A stretch of DNA of 64,000 nt from Microbacteriaceae bacterium (lineage in GTDB: Bacteria > Actinomycetota > Actinomycetes > Actinomycetales > Microbacteriaceae), in assembly GCA_025464975.1 (NCBI GenBank), contig JAODMT010000010.1, forward strand, positions 27,322 through 91,321, read 5' to 3'. Positions 37,198 to 46,717 of the stretch are shown here, one piece after another. Position numbers and translations under genes: made by a program. The notes below the pieces were generated by a model. That model was not told the DNA's origin and searched no databases. It was given only the letters and a program-made list of their open reading frames with translations. How positions within the stretch are numbered: the stretch's first letter is position 1; each line of letters begins with the position of its first letter.

Positions 37198-38571
37198 GTG
37201 AACCCGGCAGGTCCTCCGGACGAGTTTGCGGACTTTGCGGCGATGGTGTCGCGCGCGCGGGAGGACGCCGCACGGCCAGGGCCGGACCCCATGGATCCCC
37301 GCGTCATCGCGGCTGCCCGACGTCGCCGGCGCCGCCGGGCAATAACCGCTGGGGTCGTCACCCTCGTCGCGCTCGCTGCGATCGGAACCTACGTTCCGAC
37401 GACGCTGCTCGCACCGGCGGCATCGGCGACGATCACCGTCGCCAAGCCGGCCGTCGCGCAACCCGCTGCGGTCTCGCTCGCCCTTCCGCAGGTTGGCGCG
37501 AGCGCGGTCAGTGTGATGGGGGCGGACGACTTCGACGGGGTCGCCGGCACCAACGGGATTCTCGCCTCGAGCGGCGGAAACGGTGCCCGCCCGATCGCGA
37601 GCATCAGCAAACTCATCACTGCTCTCGTTGTGCTCGATGCCAAACCGCTGGGAGCGACCGACGCCGGCCCGACCCTCACCTTCAGCAAGGCCGACGCCGA
37701 CCTCTACGACAAGTACTACGTGATGGACTGCACTGTGCAGAAGATGAATACCGGCAGCACCATGTCCGAGCACGACGCGCTCGAGGTGATGCTCGTCGCC
37801 TCCGCCTGCAACTACGCGGAAGCGGTGTCGACCTGGGCCTTCGGCTCGCAGGCCCGCTTCCTCAGCGCGGTGAAAACCTGGCTGAAGGCGCATAATCTCA
37901 CGGGAACACGGCTGGTCGAATCGACCGGAATCGACTCGCGGAATGTCAGCACCCCGACCGACCTCGTCGCCATCGGAAAGCTCGCCTTGGCGAACCCGGC
38001 GGTCGCCGCGATCGTCAAAATGCCGAGCCTCACCATCCCAAACTACGGTCCGTCCTCCAACACCAATCAGCTCCTGGGCGTGGACGGGATCGACGGGATC
38101 AAGACCGGAACGCTCGGCCAGGCCGGCGCCTGTCTCCTCTTCTCCGCCGTGGTCGAGATCGGCGCGGCGGCGCCGATCACCGTGGTCGGCGTCGTGCTCG
38201 GCGGCGACGACCATGCCTCGGTTGACGTCGCCGTCAAGGCGCTGCTCGGCAGCATCAGATCCGGCTTTCACGAGGTCACGCTCGTCACGAAGGGAGAGAC
38301 GTTCGGCAGCTATGCGACGCCGTGGAAGGATGCCGCGAAGATCGTCGCGGAGCGAACCGCATCCGTGCTCACCTGGTCGAACACGCCGATTACCTCGACA
38401 ATGACGACCAAGACGATCAAGACCGGAGCGGGCGGATCCCGGGTCGGAAGCGTGACCTTCGTCGCCGGGAAGAGCACCGTCACCGTGCCGCTCGTTCTCG
38501 AGGGTTCGATTCAGGGGCCGGACGACTGGTGGCGTCTCACCCATCCGGTCGAACTCCTGAAAAAATCGTAG
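37198..38571 (+). CDS. D-alanyl-D-alanine carboxypeptidase (peptidase S11, low-MW PBP)
   Basis: SxxK (IASISKLIT), SxN (VASACNYA) and KTG (GIKTGTLG) motifs. N-terminal TM anchor after an Arg-rich segment. GTG start. Confidence 0.8.
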   Translation: MNPAGPPDEFADFAAMVSRAREDAARPGPDPMDPRVIAAARRRRRRRAITAGVVTLVALAAIGTYVPTTLLAPAASATITVAKPAVAQPAAVSLALPQVGASAVSVMGADDFDGVAGTNGILASSGGNGARPIASISKLITALVVLDAKPLGATDAGPTLTFSKADADLYDKYYVMDCTVQKMNTGSTMSEHDALEVMLVASACNYAEAVSTWAFGSQARFLSAVKTWLKAHNLTGTRLVESTGIDSRNVSTPTDLVAIGKLALANPAVAAIVKMPSLTIPNYGPSSNTNQLLGVDGIDGIKTGTLGQAGACLLFSAVVEIGAAAPITVVGVVLGGDDHASVDVAVKALLGSIRSGFHEVTLVTKGETFGSYATPWKDAAKIVAERTASVLTWSNTPITSTMTTKTIKTGAGGSRVGSVTFVAGKSTVTVPLVLEGSIQGPDDWWRLTHPVELLKKS

Positions 38572-38599
38572 GCGAGTCGCCCGAATCTCTCGCGAAACC

Positions 38600-38698
38600 T
38601 CAGCCGAAGTCCAGCTCGCAATGTTCGCAATACCAGCCCGTGTCCCGGGGCACGAGCAGAAAATGGCAGCTGGGACACACCTGCAGGGTCTTGGTCAT
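38600..38698 (-). CDS. 32-aa zinc-ribbon micro-protein (not in ORF track)
   Basis: ATG..TGA encodes MTKTLQVCPSCHFLLVPRDTGWYCEHCELDFG with CPxC...CxxC spacing. AAGGTG lies 7 nt upstream of the ATG. Confidence 0.4.
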   Translation of the reverse strand: MTKTLQVCPSCHFLLVPRDTGWYCEHCELDFG

Positions 38699-38803
38699 CG
38701 GTCACACCTTTTAGTCATGGTTTCTTGGGGTGATCTCGTGTGGTTGCGCGTGACGATACCCGCCCGCTCGGACGGCGTCCAGAGGTTTCACCCGAACGGG
38801 GGC

Positions 38804-39772
38804 TCACCGAACCTGGCGGAGCATCCACGACCAGGTCTCTTGCAGGGCCGGCACCCCATCCGAGTCCCTGATCGTGTTGTCGTTGACCGTCCGGCCGTGC
38901 GATTCCATCGGTGAACCGAGGTACAGCGAGCTCAGCAGGGCGTGGCCGCCGGTCGGGACGTCCGTGGCAGTGCCTGGCGAGGCTGCCCCCATGCCGAGCG
39001 CCAGCCAGGAGCCGACGATCCGGTCGAAGTAGATGTCGTTCGTGTTGTCGAATCCGTACATCAGCGACACCGGGGTCTTGCCGTGATCGTTGATCCACGA
39101 CGCAACGACGTCACCGTAGGTGTTGACCGGCGCGGAGAACATGAGCACCCCCTTGACCCGGCGGAAATGCGAAATGTACGCCGATTGGCCGCCGCCCTGG
39201 GAGTGGCCCGCGAGCACGATTCTGCCCCAGCGGATGGCGGAGCCGTCCAGGTATCGTTCCCAGTAGCCCGCCGGATCGTGCCGGTTGAGATACCGCAGCG
39301 CGTTTTTGAGCCGGGTGAGGATGGAATTGGCCGCGTCCACCCGGCTGACCTCGGAGGGATCCTTGCCGGTCAGTCGATTGCGCTGAAGTCGTGTGTAGCA
39401 GTCCGGGTCGGCGCCGCAGGTTCTCGTGACCGATAGCCCGATGTTCCAGTAGTCGAGCCCGAGAACGCTGTACCCCTCGTCCGACGCGGTTTCGAGGAAG
39501 TCACGGTAGTCGGATGGCACGGCTCCGGTCGCGGGGAGGAAGAGTAACAGCGGCCCGGGTTCCGCCGCGTGCCGTGCGAGATCCAGCGCGTTCGGGTCCC
39601 CGGTTGACCGATCAAGGTACGGCAGTCGAAATGACAGCCATTCCCCACCGCTCGGGGATGGACTCGGCTCGGCCGCATCCGTCGTCGCGCTCGCCGCCAT
39701 GCCGCTCGGCGGCATCAGCAGGCCGACCACTATGCCGACCGCCGCCAAAATACCAGCGCGCCGAAACCGCAT
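38804..39772 (-). CDS. secreted alpha/beta-hydrolase (esterase/lipase-like), family unassigned
   Basis: Sec signal MRFRRAGILAAVGIVVGLLMPPSGMAASA and nucleophile elbow LAGHSQGGG. 322 aa. Confidence 0.65.
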   Translation of the reverse strand: MRFRRAGILAAVGIVVGLLMPPSGMAASATTDAAEPSPSPSGGEWLSFRLPYLDRSTGDPNALDLARHAAEPGPLLLFLPATGAVPSDYRDFLETASDEGYSVLGLDYWNIGLSVTRTCGADPDCYTRLQRNRLTGKDPSEVSRVDAANSILTRLKNALRYLNRHDPAGYWERYLDGSAIRWGRIVLAGHSQGGGQSAYISHFRRVKGVLMFSAPVNTYGDVVASWINDHGKTPVSLMYGFDNTNDIYFDRIVGSWLALGMGAASPGTATDVPTGGHALLSSLYLGSPMESHGRTVNDNTIRDSDGVPALQETWSWMLRQVR

Positions 39773-39861
39773 TCCGTAACGCTAGCAATAGCCTCCCGCG
39801 GCCTCAATGGGTGGCGCCACGGTCCGTGCTCCACGGGGTCTGGTCGGCAAGGCGGGCGGAT

Positions 39862-40944
39862 TCAGGCCGCGCCGCCGCCGAAGAGTAGTCCCAGAAGGTA
39901 GGTCACAATGGCGGCGCCGTACCCGATGCCGAGTTGGCGCAGCGCACGACGCAGCGGGGAGCCGCCGGAGAGCACGCCGACGATCGCCCCGGTGCCGAGG
40001 AGGGCGAGACCGACGAGCACCGCGGCCACGACGATTGCGACGATTCCGCTCAGGCCGAACAGGTACGGAACGATCGGCACCACCGCTCCCGAGGCAAAGA
40101 AGCAGAAGCTCGAGATTGCCGCACCGAACCCGGTGCCGATCGCCTCGTGCTCGTCTGTCGCCTCGGTTGTGGCGAGACTGTGGTCGCGCAGAACCTCGAC
40201 GGCGTGCGCGTCGGCCTGAGCCTCCGTCATCCCCCGAGCTCGGTAGACGAGAGCTAGCTCGTTCGCGTCGACATCGAGGTCGGGCAGCGCCGAATTGCTT
40301 CCCGGGTCGGGCGCGGATGCCTCGAGCAGTTCGCGCTGTGAGCGCACCGACACGTACTCCCCCGCCCCCATTGACAGCGCGCCGGCGAGGAGTCCGGCGA
40401 TTCCCGTGAGCAACACGATGTGCTGGGCGACCCCGCTCGCGCTGACCCCGATGACGAGCGCGAGATTGCTCACGAGGCCATCGTTGGCGCCGAACACGGC
40501 AGCGCGGAAGGTGCCGGACAACCGATTGCGCCCGCGTGCGGCGAGGCCACGCACCACCTCCGCGTGGATGCGCTCGTCCGCGGCCATCGCGGCGGTTGCG
40601 TCCGAGTCCGATTGGTACGGCGAACGCACCTCGGCCTGCTGGGCGAGGGCGAGCACGAAAACAGAGCCGAACCGGCGGGCGAGAAACCCGAGCAGTCGCG
40701 TGCGAACGTCGCCCTTGCGCAGTTTGCCAACCTGATCGCCCAGCAGATCGAACCAGTGCTGTTCGTGACGCCCCTCCGCCTCGGCGAGCGCGAGCAGAAT
40801 CTCTCGCTCTTCTCCCGTGCGTCGGCCGGCCAAATCGCGGTATACCGCGCCCTCCGCCTTCTCGTCGGCGAGGTACTGCCGCCATCGCCGCAACTCGGCG
40901 GGGGTCGGACCGGCTGACAGCGTTCCTGGGCGCGAAGCGTTCAC
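39862..40944 (-). CDS. ferritin-like domain fused to VIT1/CCC1 iron/manganese transporter (MbfA-like)
   Basis: N-terminal ExxH pairs (EAEGRHEQH, ADERIHAEV) and C-terminal VIT1 TM region (FGANDGLVSNLALVIGV ... LLGLLFG). GTG start. Confidence 0.8.
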   Translation of the reverse strand: MNASRPGTLSAGPTPAELRRWRQYLADEKAEGAVYRDLAGRRTGEEREILLALAEAEGRHEQHWFDLLGDQVGKLRKGDVRTRLLGFLARRFGSVFVLALAQQAEVRSPYQSDSDATAAMAADERIHAEVVRGLAARGRNRLSGTFRAAVFGANDGLVSNLALVIGVSASGVAQHIVLLTGIAGLLAGALSMGAGEYVSVRSQRELLEASAPDPGSNSALPDLDVDANELALVYRARGMTEAQADAHAVEVLRDHSLATTEATDEHEAIGTGFGAAISSFCFFASGAVVPIVPYLFGLSGIVAIVVAAVLVGLALLGTGAIVGVLSGGSPLRRALRQLGIGYGAAIVTYLLGLLFGGGAA

Positions 40945-40963
40945 GTTGGATTCCTTTCGGTCG

Positions 40964-40988
40964 CGAAATTCGTCGAGGACACGAATTT
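40964..40988. promoter_or_regulatory. 9-bp perfect inverted repeat upstream of the MbfA-like VIT1 gene
   Basis: GAAATTCGT-N7-ACGAATTTC, 20-44 nt upstream of the GTG start at 40944. Confidence 0.4.
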
Positions 40989-41121
40989 CAGTCGTGACCG
41001 AAGGTCTCGTTCGCCGGATGTCCTGGATGGATCACACCGGTGGGGTACCGGGCCGGTCGTCCTGACCAGCCAGCATGTCGATACTCCCGAATTCACCGCC
41101 GACGAACGGCGGCGATGGGAA

Positions 41122-42060
41122 CTACTCCCCTTCGTTGCTCCCAGAGTACCGGATCCCCCACGCACCGGACCAGCTCTCGCCGGGCTGAAGCCAGCGCAGT
41201 CCCTTGCCGCTGTTGAGCGCGTTCGGCGGCGCCGTCATCGGCTCGACCGCGATCGCCGTTCCCAGTCCGTCGGCGCGGGGAAAGGCGCGGGTGGTGAATA
41301 CCTGCACGTAACCGAAGTCCGACTCCTGCCAGAGTTCGACGAAGCGACCGTCCTTGGCGGTGAGGCGGTGGCGACTGACCCCGTCGACCGGGGTCACCTC
41401 GCCGAACGCATCGTCGAGTTCGAGGTCGGCAACCGGACGGCCAGCGCGCAGATCGTAGGCCGTGCCATCGACCGGGGTTTCCGCCGTCGGGTTGAGTCGG
41501 GCGTCCGTCTCGAAGCGGGTTCCGGCTGCGACGCTCAGGCTGAGTTCGGCGGTCGGCACGTCGCCGAGACGAAGGAACGGATGGGTGCCGACAGCGTATG
41601 GTGCACTGCTGACTCCGACATTGGTCACCCCGTGCGTGACCCGGATGCCGTCGTCGACAAGCTGGTAGCGGACGGTGGTGTCGAGGGTGAATGGGTACCC
41701 CCGGGTTGGATAGATCGTGGCCGCGAGGGTGAGCGCCCCTTCGCCCTCTTCCACGACCGTGTAGGGGCGGTCGCGCAGCAGACCGTGAAGGGCGTTGTGG
41801 CGTTCGGGCTCGGTGAGGTCGAGCTGCTCTTCGATCCCGTCGTGTACCCAGATGCCATCTTCGACCCGGTTCGGCCACGGCACGAGTACCGTACCGTCGC
41901 CAAAGGGCGGGGCGACCTCTGCCGGGAACGGCTCGGTCAGGTCAATCCCGTCGATCGAGAGCGTGCGCAGAGCCGCAGCGACCTGGGTGATGTCGGCCCG
42001 CACCTGGCCGTTGGCAGTCGTGCGGGTGAGTTCGAATTGAAGACCGGTCGGTGCGCGCAT
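41122..42060 (-). CDS. galM: aldose 1-epimerase family protein (galactose mutarotase-like)
   Basis: 312 aa with a mutarotase-type beta-sandwich sequence (GDGTVLVPWPNRV, HGLLR). Adjacent to the gal genes. Confidence 0.8.
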   Translation of the reverse strand: MRAPTGLQFELTRTTANGQVRADITQVAAALRTLSIDGIDLTEPFPAEVAPPFGDGTVLVPWPNRVEDGIWVHDGIEEQLDLTEPERHNALHGLLRDRPYTVVEEGEGALTLAATIYPTRGYPFTLDTTVRYQLVDDGIRVTHGVTNVGVSSAPYAVGTHPFLRLGDVPTAELSLSVAAGTRFETDARLNPTAETPVDGTAYDLRAGRPVADLELDDAFGEVTPVDGVSRHRLTAKDGRFVELWQESDFGYVQVFTTRAFPRADGLGTAIAVEPMTAPPNALNSGKGLRWLQPGESWSGAWGIRYSGSNEGE

Positions 42061-42069
42061 TCGGCAAGC

Positions 42070-42894
42070 CTAGCGACGCGGAGCGGCCTGGTCAGTCCCC
42101 GCGAGGATGATGCGGAGGCCGGTTGCCCGCAGCCGCTCGAGTTGCCCGGAGTCCGCCTCGTCCCCCGTGATGAGCGTGTCGATCGACTCGATCGGCGCCA
42201 CGCGGCTGAGTTGGGTGATGCCGAGTTTCGTGCTGTCGGCGACGACCACCGACCGTGCCGCGGCGGCGAGCATCCGGCGTTTGACGTCGGCCTCGGGCAG
42301 GTTGACGTTGGTGATCCCCGCGATCGAATCGACGCCGCTGCAGCCGACGAAGGCGAGATCGGCGCGTATCCGATCGAGCACGACGCCGGCGAGCGGGTCG
42401 ACGAGGGAATGCTGCAACGGCCGAAGGGTTCCGCCGGTGACCACGACGGTGAAGCGCGGAATTGCCGACTCGAGGGCCACGGCGATGTTGAGGGCGTTGG
42501 TGATCACGACGACATTGTGCAAGTCGTCACGCTCGAGCATCGCCAGCGCGATCGCCGTCGTCGTTGTGCCAACGTCGAGGACCACGGCCTGATCCGATTC
42601 GATCAAGGCGGCCGCCGCACGACCGATGCGCGACTTCTCGTCGGCGGCCGCGAGCATCGATTGTTCGAACGGATGCTCCAGCCCTCGCGAGTGCTGTGCC
42701 GCGACCGCTCCCCCGTGTACACGTTGCACGGCATTGGCTTGGGCGAGCAGGTCGAGGTCGGCCCGCACCGTGACCTCGGAGACGCCGAAGTGCTGGCTCA
42801 ACTGGGTGACCTTGGCGAATCCACGCTCCCCGACGATCGAGATGATCTGGTCGCGCCGGGTCGCGGCGGGCAGTCCGATCGACGACGTGGGCAT
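42070..42894 (-). CDS. DeoR family transcriptional regulator
   Basis: N-terminal HTH RRDQIISIVGERGFAKVTQLSQHFGVSEVTVRADLDLL plus a DeoR C-terminal sensor domain. ATG 42894. Divergent from galT. Confidence 0.85.
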   Translation of the reverse strand: MPTSSIGLPAATRRDQIISIVGERGFAKVTQLSQHFGVSEVTVRADLDLLAQANAVQRVHGGAVAAQHSRGLEHPFEQSMLAAADEKSRIGRAAAALIESDQAVVLDVGTTTTAIALAMLERDDLHNVVVITNALNIAVALESAIPRFTVVVTGGTLRPLQHSLVDPLAGVVLDRIRADLAFVGCSGVDSIAGITNVNLPEADVKRRMLAAAARSVVVADSTKLGITQLSRVAPIESIDTLITGDEADSGQLERLRATGLRIILAGTDQAAPRR

Positions 42895-42949
42895 AACCTC
42901 ATTTTCGATTACTTGCGTTTTCTTGTCAATGACGAGTAACGTTTCTGGG

Positions 42950-42959
42950 GTTTCGAAAC
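42950..42959. promoter_or_regulatory. perfect palindrome GTTTCGAAAC in the deoR / galT divergent region
   Basis: 10-bp palindrome 19 nt before the galT ATG. Nearby direct repeats are CGTTTTCT (42915-42922) and CGTTTCT (42939-42945). Confidence 0.35.
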
Positions 42960-42977
42960 CCACTCTCAAAGGCTGCC

Positions 42978-44087
42978 ATGTCCCGCATTGTCAAGCGCGA
43001 GTTCCGTCTGGCCGACGGTCGCGAACTGATCTATTTCGACGACGCCGACACCACCCTGGCGCCGGATCGCCTCCCGGATGGCCGGCACCTCGATCCGCGG
43101 CCGCCGACGGCCACGATGCGCCAGGATCCGCTCACCGGCGAGTGGGTCTCAATCGCCGCGGCGAGGCAGAACAGGGTCTTCCTTCCGCCGGCCGATCAGG
43201 ACCCGCTGGCGCCTGCCAGCGAGAGCAACCCGTCCGAGATTCCGAGCGACTATGACGTCGCCGTGTTCGAGAACCGGTCGCCGTCGTTCGGACCGGATCT
43301 CGAGGCCGCCTTCCCCGGCGAGGAACTCACGACCATCGGCCTCGGCCGCACCCTCCCCTCGATCGGTCGCTGCGAGGTCGTCTCCTTCAGCCCGGAACAC
43401 GAGGGCGCCTTCGGTAGCGTGAGCCGCTCCCGCGCCCGCACCGTGATCGAGGCGTGGGCCGACCGCACCGAGGCCCTCTCGGCCATGCCCGGTATCCAAC
43501 AGGTCTTCCCTTTCGAGAATCGAGGCGAGGCGATCGGGGTCACCCTTCGGCACCCGCACGGGCAGATCTATTCCTACCCGTACATCACCCCGCGCACCAC
43601 GAGGCTGCTCGAGTCGATCCAGCAGGTCGGACCCGACCTGTTTGAGCGAATCCTCGAGTTCGAGCGCGCCTCGGAGCGGGTCGTGCTCTCGGGCGAGCAC
43701 TGGACGGCGTTCGTTCCGTTCGCCGCGCGCTGGCCAATTGAGGTGCACATGCTCCCGCACCGCCACATTCCGGACTTCGCTGCCACCAGTGACGAGGAGC
43801 GTGACGAACTTGCCGGCCTATACCTGAAGCTGCTTCGCGGAATCGACCTGCTTTACGACACCCCGACCCCGTACATCGCCGCGTGGCACCAGGCGCCGGT
43901 CACCGTCGGCCGCGACACCGTGCGCCTCATGCTGCAGATTACGTCGCCGCGACGCGCGGAGAGCAAACTCAAGTATCTTGCCGGATCCGAGGCGGCTATG
44001 GGCGCCTGGATCGGGGATGTGACACCCGAACAGACCGCCGAATCCATGCGAATTGCGCTTGGCAAAGTTAAGGAACCGATCGAATGA
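42978..44087 (+). CDS. galT: galactose-1-phosphate uridylyltransferase
   Basis: Active-site HPHGQ (LRHPHGQIYSYP). 369 aa. Confidence 0.9.
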   Translation: MSRIVKREFRLADGRELIYFDDADTTLAPDRLPDGRHLDPRPPTATMRQDPLTGEWVSIAAARQNRVFLPPADQDPLAPASESNPSEIPSDYDVAVFENRSPSFGPDLEAAFPGEELTTIGLGRTLPSIGRCEVVSFSPEHEGAFGSVSRSRARTVIEAWADRTEALSAMPGIQQVFPFENRGEAIGVTLRHPHGQIYSYPYITPRTTRLLESIQQVGPDLFERILEFERASERVVLSGEHWTAFVPFAARWPIEVHMLPHRHIPDFAATSDEERDELAGLYLKLLRGIDLLYDTPTPYIAAWHQAPVTVGRDTVRLMLQITSPRRAESKLKYLAGSEAAMGAWIGDVTPEQTAESMRIALGKVKEPIE

Positions 44088-45244
44088 ACGACATCCGGGA
44101 TGACGTGCGCAGGGGCTTCGTTGCGCTGTACGGCTACGAGCCAAGCGGGCTGTGGTCGGCGCCTGGGCGGGTGAATCTGATCGGCGAGCACACCGACTAC
44201 AACGGGGGCTTCGTTCTGCCGTTCGCCATCAACCGGCGAACCGTCGTGGCGCTCGCCCTTCGCGACGACCGCCTCGCCCGGGTCGCGAGTTCCTTCGCCA
44301 ACGAGGTCGTCGAAGTCGAACTTTCCGAGCTTGCCCCGGATAGCCTCGACGGGTGGTCCGCTTACCCGCTCGGCGTCGCCTGGGCGCTCAGCGAGCATGG
44401 CGCTGACCTGTCGGCTGTCTCCGGCTTCGACCTGTTCATCGACTCGAGTGTGCCGGTGGGCGCGGGGCTCTCATCCTCGGCCGCGGTCGAATGCGCGACG
44501 GCCATTGCGCTCAACGATGTGTGGCGGCTCCGACTGGACCGCCCGGTGCTCGCCGCAGTCGGACAGCGCGCAGAGAACACGGCCGTCGGTGCCCCGACCG
44601 GGATCATGGACCAGTCGGCCTCGTTGCTCGGCAAGCAGGATTCAGCCGTCTTCCTCGACTGCCGCAGCCTCGAGTCGCAGGTCATCGACCTCGGATTCGA
44701 GGAGGCCGGGCTCGCGATCCTCATCATCGACACCCGCGTCAGCCACGATCACGCGACCGGCGGGTATGCGGAGCGTCGCGCATCCTGCGAGCTTGGGGCG
44801 CGGATGCTCGGCGTCGGGTCGCTGCGTGACCTAAGCGTCGACGACCTTCCCCGCGCACGGGGGATTTTGGATGACGTGACCTTCCGCCGCGTGCGTCACG
44901 TCGTGACCGAGAACCAGCGCGTTCTCGACGCCGTCGCCGTGCTTCGCGAAGGCGGACCGGCCGGAATCGGGGATCTGCTTGACGCCTCCCATCGCTCGAT
45001 GCGAGACGACTTCGAAATCTCCACCCGCGAACTTGACCTCGCGGTCGAGACTGCGGTGTTCAACGGGGCGATCGGCGCCCGAATGACCGGAGGCGGGTTC
45101 GGCGGCTCGGCGCTAGCCCTGATCCGCAAAGAAGACCTCTCCCGGTTGCAGGTTGCTATCGATGGCGCGTTCGCCGAGCACGGATTCGGTCAACCTGATA
45201 CTTTCGTTGTAACGGCTGCGCAAGGGGCTTCGCGCGAGAGCTGA
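44084..45244 (+). CDS. galK: galactokinase
   Basis: Galactokinase signature GRVNLIGEHTDYNGG and GHMP motif PVGAGLSSSAA. The start overlaps the galT stop. Confidence 0.95.
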   Translation: MNDIRDDVRRGFVALYGYEPSGLWSAPGRVNLIGEHTDYNGGFVLPFAINRRTVVALALRDDRLARVASSFANEVVEVELSELAPDSLDGWSAYPLGVAWALSEHGADLSAVSGFDLFIDSSVPVGAGLSSSAAVECATAIALNDVWRLRLDRPVLAAVGQRAENTAVGAPTGIMDQSASLLGKQDSAVFLDCRSLESQVIDLGFEEAGLAILIIDTRVSHDHATGGYAERRASCELGARMLGVGSLRDLSVDDLPRARGILDDVTFRRVRHVVTENQRVLDAVAVLREGGPAGIGDLLDASHRSMRDDFEISTRELDLAVETAVFNGAIGARMTGGGFGGSALALIRKEDLSRLQVAIDGAFAEHGFGQPDTFVVTAAQGASRES

Positions 45245-45276
45245 TCCACTTGGCACCTGAAAGCAGGAGAGACACC

Positions 45277-46038
45277 GTGAGAACCTCCCTGACATCAGCC
45301 TCGATCGCGGTGCCTAGCCTCGCCCTGGCGCTGATCCTCACCGGATGTTCCGGACCGGCAGCCGGGCCGAGCAGCACCCACGCGCCGCAGGCCTCAACGG
45401 CGGCCGTGCAACCATCCGCGTCGCCGTCGGCCGCGCCGAAGGACGTGCTGTTCACTATCTCGGCCAACGTTCGGGACAAGACCGGCAGCACCATCGCGAT
45501 TCAGCTGACCGCGCACTCACCGCGGCCCTACAGCAGCCTCGAGGCTAAGCCGCTCATCAGCGAGTTCGTACGCTCCTGCGGGGCCGGAATCGGCGGAACT
45601 CCGATCACGGCGGAAAGCCTCGCAGCCAACGGCAGCATCCTCCTCCCGATGGACCTGGCCTCGAGCGCGACCGGGAAGACTTTCGTTTACCCGGTCGGCC
45701 TGAACCTCGGCAGTTCCTACTTCGGACAGTCGGCCATCGGAAAGGGCATCGCTCCGGCCGACGCGACCCGCCCGTGCTACAACGGCTACAGCTGGTCGAA
45801 ATCGGGAACCGGGCACGCAATCGCCGACTTCGAAACGAGCATTCCCACTCCAGATCCCACCATTTGGAAGTACGCCTACTACGGGTTCACTCTTCCGCCG
45901 GACTCGGGCGCGACCATCGAGGCCTGCTCGGTGACGCTCAGCCCGCAGGCCGTCAAGACCGTGGTCGGCGTCGACGGCTGGGACCCGACCCAGGCCGGAA
46001 GCGGCATCGCCTGCGGCGTCGGCTACATGGGCGAATAG
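45277..46038 (+). CDS. lipoprotein, unknown function
   Basis: GTG 45277 after AAGCAGGAGA gives VRTSLTSASIAVPSLALALILTGCS (lipobox). Confidence 0.6.
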   Translation: MRTSLTSASIAVPSLALALILTGCSGPAAGPSSTHAPQASTAAVQPSASPSAAPKDVLFTISANVRDKTGSTIAIQLTAHSPRPYSSLEAKPLISEFVRSCGAGIGGTPITAESLAANGSILLPMDLASSATGKTFVYPVGLNLGSSYFGQSAIGKGIAPADATRPCYNGYSWSKSGTGHAIADFETSIPTPDPTIWKYAYYGFTLPPDSGATIEACSVTLSPQAVKTVVGVDGWDPTQAGSGIACGVGYMGE

Positions 46039-46051
46039 GAACGGGCAATAG

Positions 46052-46717
46052 CTAGTCGGTCGACGGGCGCAGCAGCTTTTCGACGGAGGGCGGCACGGCA
46101 ATTCCGGGGGCGAGGTCCGGCGCCGCAACCGCCTGCCGGTACCCCGTCTTGAGCGGAAGCACGCCGGCCCAGGTCGGACCGGCGACATCGTCGGGGCCGT
46201 CCTCCGGCCAACCGTCCGAGATCTTCAGCGACCACTCGGCGACGGTCATCCGCAACACGAGCGTCGCGGCGAGTTCCTTCGCCGAGGGCCGGCGCAGCTC
46301 GCCGACCCGGCCGGGAATCAGCGCGTCGGTCAGTCTGTCGAGCGCGGCGGCTCTATCCTCCACCGGGGAACAGCTGCCGAGCGCGACGGCGCTTCGATAG
46401 TTCATCGACGATTCGAACGCCGATCGGGCGACCACAAGAGCGTCGATGGCGGTGACCGACAGGGCGACCGGGATGCCGGTCGCGAGCAGACGCAACCAGC
46501 TCGAACCGGTGGAACCGTGGAGCAGGATGTCTTCGCCGTCGGCAACGATCGCGATCGGGAGAACCCGCGGTTCGCCGTCGACGACGAAGGCGAAGTGGCC
46601 GACTCTGGCGTCGGCCACCAGCGCGGCGAGTGCCGCGGCCTCAAGGCGGGTGTACTTCTCCGGCATCCGGGATGGACCGGGGCCTCCGCGACCGGCGGCC
46701 CCGAAACCGCTGGTCAC
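46052..46717 (-). CDS. pyridoxamine 5'-phosphate oxidase family (flavin-binding split-barrel) protein
   Basis: PNPOx-like core ([33 protein letters not shown]). The GTG overlaps the folD stop (GTGA); ATG 46666 is an alternative start. Confidence 0.7.
   Translation of the reverse strand: MTSGFGAAGRGGPGPSRMPEKYTRLEAAALAALVADARVGHFAFVVDGEPRVLPIAIVADGEDILLHGSTGSSWLRLLATGIPVALSVTAIDALVVARSAFESSMNYRSAVALGSCSPVEDRAAALDRLTDALIPGRVGELRRPSAKELAATLVLRMTVAEWSLKISDGWPEDGPDDVAGPTWAGVLPLKTGYRQAVAAPDLAPGIAVPPSVEKLLRPSTD

Noticed and set aside
39782-40885. 367-aa and 200-aa Arg-rich ORFs overlapping the VIT1/MbfA-like gene
   Set aside because: They are alternate or antisense frames of a gene with clear ferritin-like and VIT1 motifs. 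About 30 percent arginine is not credible for a protein.
40945-41121. Possible Mn (yybP-ykoY) or other metal riboswitch upstream of the VIT1-family gene
   Set aside because: I could not find the conserved four-helix signature blocks of that class in either orientation. Only the short inverted repeat at 40964-40988 stands out, and it is more consistent with a protein operator.
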